From a virus: a DNA stretch of 64,000 nt. Shown here piece after piece: positions 61,327 to 64,000 of this stretch; position 1 is the stretch's first letter, and each line of letters starts with the position of its first letter. Where the stretch lies: positions 32,001 through 96,000 of IMG/VR virus record IMGVR_UViG_3300050821_001948; one strand, given 5' to 3'. Below the pieces are notes generated by a model. The model did not search any database and had not been told where the DNA came from. It worked only from the letters and a program-made list of their open reading frames with translations. Both the position numbers and the translations under genes were made by a program.

Positions 61327-63177
61327 ATGGCTGTGATGGAAGTAGAGGCATCGTCTGAGATTTTTATAGCCGGTCAGCCTATGCAGTTCATAAATGACTC
61401 AGGCTTACCGTCCTCACAGCTTATTGAGGACCCTGGTATGCGCGAACTAGCTAGTTCGCTTTCACACTGGGTTGATAATGCACGTGCCGCTACTGGTAGA
61501 AACACCATGTTCGACCGAGGAGCGTTTACCCCCCCTAACAACTATTACGACGAAGTTCGCGCAGCTCGTCATGCCGTTCAATATGACTCAATCGTTAGCG
61601 GTGTTGCTGAAATCACCGAAGCATTCGCATTCCAGGGGATCAAATGGGAGTCTCCGGATGCAGATGAGGCTGATGTATTCAATCAACTAGCTATTGATCA
61701 GAACCTTGACTCTATTATTCGCAAGATGTGGAAAGAGGAGTTTACTGGATCTCAGGCTATTATGGCTAAGATCTGGGGATGGAGTGAGTACACCTCCCGC
61801 GTTCAGACTGAAAGCGGAAATAAGAAGAAGAAGAAGTACAAGATCTGGGCACCCCAGCAAATCCGTACACTGGATAGCTGCAAGGTTGTTCCAGTTGGCG
61901 TTGGCCCACTTGGTGGAGAGGCGCTTGCATGGCAAGCTACCCCCGGCGAGATTGGGCACTACACGTCAGCATTCTTGGGGGATAAAATTGATCCACTGAT
62001 GATCACCTATTTCCAAGGGCCTTATGAGCCAGGTTTTGAAGAGGCTTCTGAGCTTTCACGTCTAGGGGTAGTGACTAGTCGTCTTCTCGTTATGAATCCG
62101 GAGTGGGTTTTTCGGCATGTAGTTACTAAGCCAGATTACGAAAGATTCCCAGAGGTTCGCTTAAAGTCCATCTTTGCGCTATTGGACCTAAAGCGCCAGT
62201 TGATGCAAGCCGATAGGGCTAGCCTTATTGGGGCGGCTAACTATATCCTTCACGTAAAGAAGGGTCTACCTAATGAGCCAGCACTTGCTCCCGAGATTCA
62301 GCACCTCCAGGACAGTTACAACTACATCGTTAAGATGCCTGTTATTATCTCAGACCATCGCCTGAATATTGAGATCATTTCCCCCAAGACGGACCTGACC
62401 CTAAATCCGGATAAGTACGAGATGCTCGACCAACGTATTCTCAACCGGCTTCTTGGGACACTTTCACCCGGTGGTAGAAACTCTGGACGCAGCGAGAATC
62501 AGGACACATTGTCAGCGTCGGTTGCGCAGGTTATGGAGAACCGGCGCCACATGCTCAAGAGGACGATGGAGATTGAGGTTGCTCGCGCAATTATTAATCA
62601 CCCCAAGAATAAGGGTATCTTCGAATATGAGCCGAATCTAGTTTATACACCTAGGCGCATTGCTCTTAACATGGATGCTGCGTATGCGCAGGCACTCCAG
62701 GCATTGAGAACCCAGCGTGAGATTTCAAGAGAGACAATTCTTGAGTTCTTTGGGTTGGATGAATCGGTCGAGGCGATGCGTCTTGAGATGGAAGCGAAGA
62801 TGTATGACGACATCTTTAAGACTGAAATTCCATACTCAAAGGGTCAGCCAAGCCAGGATGTGGATGCAAACCTAGATAAGAAGGATGCACCTTCTGCGGT
62901 TACTGTTGCACCTGATGGGACACTCAAGGTGGCACCAGCCGCTCCATCAAAGACTGCAACTACAAAGGATGGCCCAAACAAGGGTGGGGCTGCTTCAACT
63001 CCCGCTTCCGGTCAACCGTCTAATGGTAAAGCAAAGACTGGACCGAACGGAACCCCAGAGTCGCCAAAGGTGTCTGGAGCCCGTGGTGGTCGCCCCGTTG
63101 GTGGAGGAACTTCACCGAAATCACCAGCGGCGACCGCAAAACCGAAGACGCCTAGAGGAAATCCGAGGAGTGGCTGA
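61327..63177 (+). CDS. Portal protein
   Basis: 616 aa after the terminase, ISRET motif, low-complexity GGRP.G tail. Confidence 0.75.
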   Translation: MAVMEVEASSEIFIAGQPMQFINDSGLPSSQLIEDPGMRELASSLSHWVDNARAATGRNTMFDRGAFTPPNNYYDEVRAARHAVQYDSIVSGVAEITEAFAFQGIKWESPDADEADVFNQLAIDQNLDSIIRKMWKEEFTGSQAIMAKIWGWSEYTSRVQTESGNKKKKKYKIWAPQQIRTLDSCKVVPVGVGPLGGEALAWQATPGEIGHYTSAFLGDKIDPLMITYFQGPYEPGFEEASELSRLGVVTSRLLVMNPEWVFRHVVTKPDYERFPEVRLKSIFALLDLKRQLMQADRASLIGAANYILHVKKGLPNEPALAPEIQHLQDSYNYIVKMPVIISDHRLNIEIISPKTDLTLNPDKYEMLDQRILNRLLGTLSPGGRNSGRSENQDTLSASVAQVMENRRHMLKRTMEIEVARAIINHPKNKGIFEYEPNLVYTPRRIALNMDAAYAQALQALRTQREISRETILEFFGLDESVEAMRLEMEAKMYDDIFKTEIPYSKGQPSQDVDANLDKKDAPSAVTVAPDGTLKVAPAAPSKTATTKDGPNKGGAASTPASGQPSNGKAKTGPNGTPESPKVSGARGGRPVGGGTSPKSPAATAKPKTPRGNPRSG

Positions 63178-63178
63178 T

Positions 63179-64000
63179 ATGGCTAATTTGATCCCAGAAG
63201 ACAGTGTGCCACCCCATGGTTTTCATACTGGCTATAACGGTAAGTGCTTAATCTGTAATGGTCAGCCCGGTGGGCCTATTCACGAGGACTGGCTGGATAA
63301 TCAGACACCCGAATTTACCAGCAAGCTGGTAGATAACCTTCCCGATGAGGATTATGGGAAGAGCGAGTACTCATCTGATGGTGATGACGATGAGGAGGAA
63401 ACTCATTCAGGGGTAATGATCGCTTTAATGGTCGATCCTTCTGTCGCAGATATCTTAGCCATTCCTGGCGGGGAGCCAGCTAATAACATGCACGTAACGC
63501 TTGCCTACCTAGGTGATGCGGTTGATTTACAGAACCCTGATGATCTAATTTCTACAGTTAAGCAGTTTGCCACAGATGAGGGTAAGCCCTTAAGTGGTAA
63601 AGTGAATGGCCTTGGTTTATTCACTGGCGGCGAGACTACGGTTACCTATGCAAACGCTGATGTCCCAGGTCTACCAGTACTTCGCCAGCAATTACTTCAG
63701 GTACTTGATGCTGCCGGATTCATTGTGGACAATTCTCATGGATTCACCCCTCATATCACGCTAGCCTTTTCGGATGAGCGTAATATAGATGTACCGAATC
63801 TTCCATTGGAATTTACTACGATGACTGTCGCCATCGCCGGGAAGAAGACTACTTTCCCACTCGGTGAGTCACCAGAGGTATCTGGTGTTCATAAGAAGCA
63901 TAAGTACAAGCATCCAGTCGGTGAACCATTGAAGGAACATCGTGAGAGCTTTGTCGGATTCCCGATGGCAGCACAGTATCCCCCTTGCGCTGATTGCGGG
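63179..64000 (+). CDS. 2H phosphoesterase-domain protein (runs off the window, not in ORF track)
   Basis: MANLIPED...GVMIAL...HVTLAYLG...GFTPHITLA; AGGAG RBS. Confidence 0.85.
   Translation, partial: MANLIPEDSVPPHGFHTGYNGKCLICNGQPGGPIHEDWLDNQTPEFTSKLVDNLPDEDYGKSEYSSDGDDDEEETHSGVMIALMVDPSVADILAIPGGEPANNMHVTLAYLGDAVDLQNPDDLISTVKQFATDEGKPLSGKVNGLGLFTGGETTVTYANADVPGLPVLRQQLLQVLDAAGFIVDNSHGFTPHITLAFSDERNIDVPNLPLEFTTMTVAIAGKKTTFPLGESPEVSGVHKKHKYKHPVGEPLKEHRESFVGFPMAAQYPPCADCG

Overview
A 64 kb section of a large lytic tailed phage with an actinobacterial host (Rpf, Lsr2, DUF3039 and Ku homologues). 1-36 kb is a leftward arm of mostly small hypothetical genes. It includes an SF2 helicase plus Zn-ribbon cassette, Ku, an HNH, a RuvB-like ATPase, a CCA-adding enzyme, Lsr2 and a probable pre-early block at about 26-36 kb. 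The strand switches at about 36.3 kb, a possible genome end. The rightward arm carries a phosphatase, peptidase, endolysin, GT25, about 35 tRNAs covering all 20 amino acids, several aberrant tRNA-like and structured RNAs, tmRNA, an ArfB-like GGQ hydrolase, a stand-alone Rpf, Rnl1 RNA ligase plus PNKP, a nucleotidyltransferase, dCMP deaminase, RusA, terminase, portal and a 2H phosphoesterase. Most striking: a CAT-anticodon tRNA split in its variable arm by a 520-nt insert holding an HNH gene and a second intact CAT tRNA, with both outer halves still fully complementary. Also seen are a WhiG/sigma28-like promoter motif ahead of apparently leaderless late genes, a 10-bp operator-like motif in 8 exact copies, and an isolated tRNA-like RNA whose anticodon arm is replaced by a long hairpin. 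All calls were made by eye, with no searches run.
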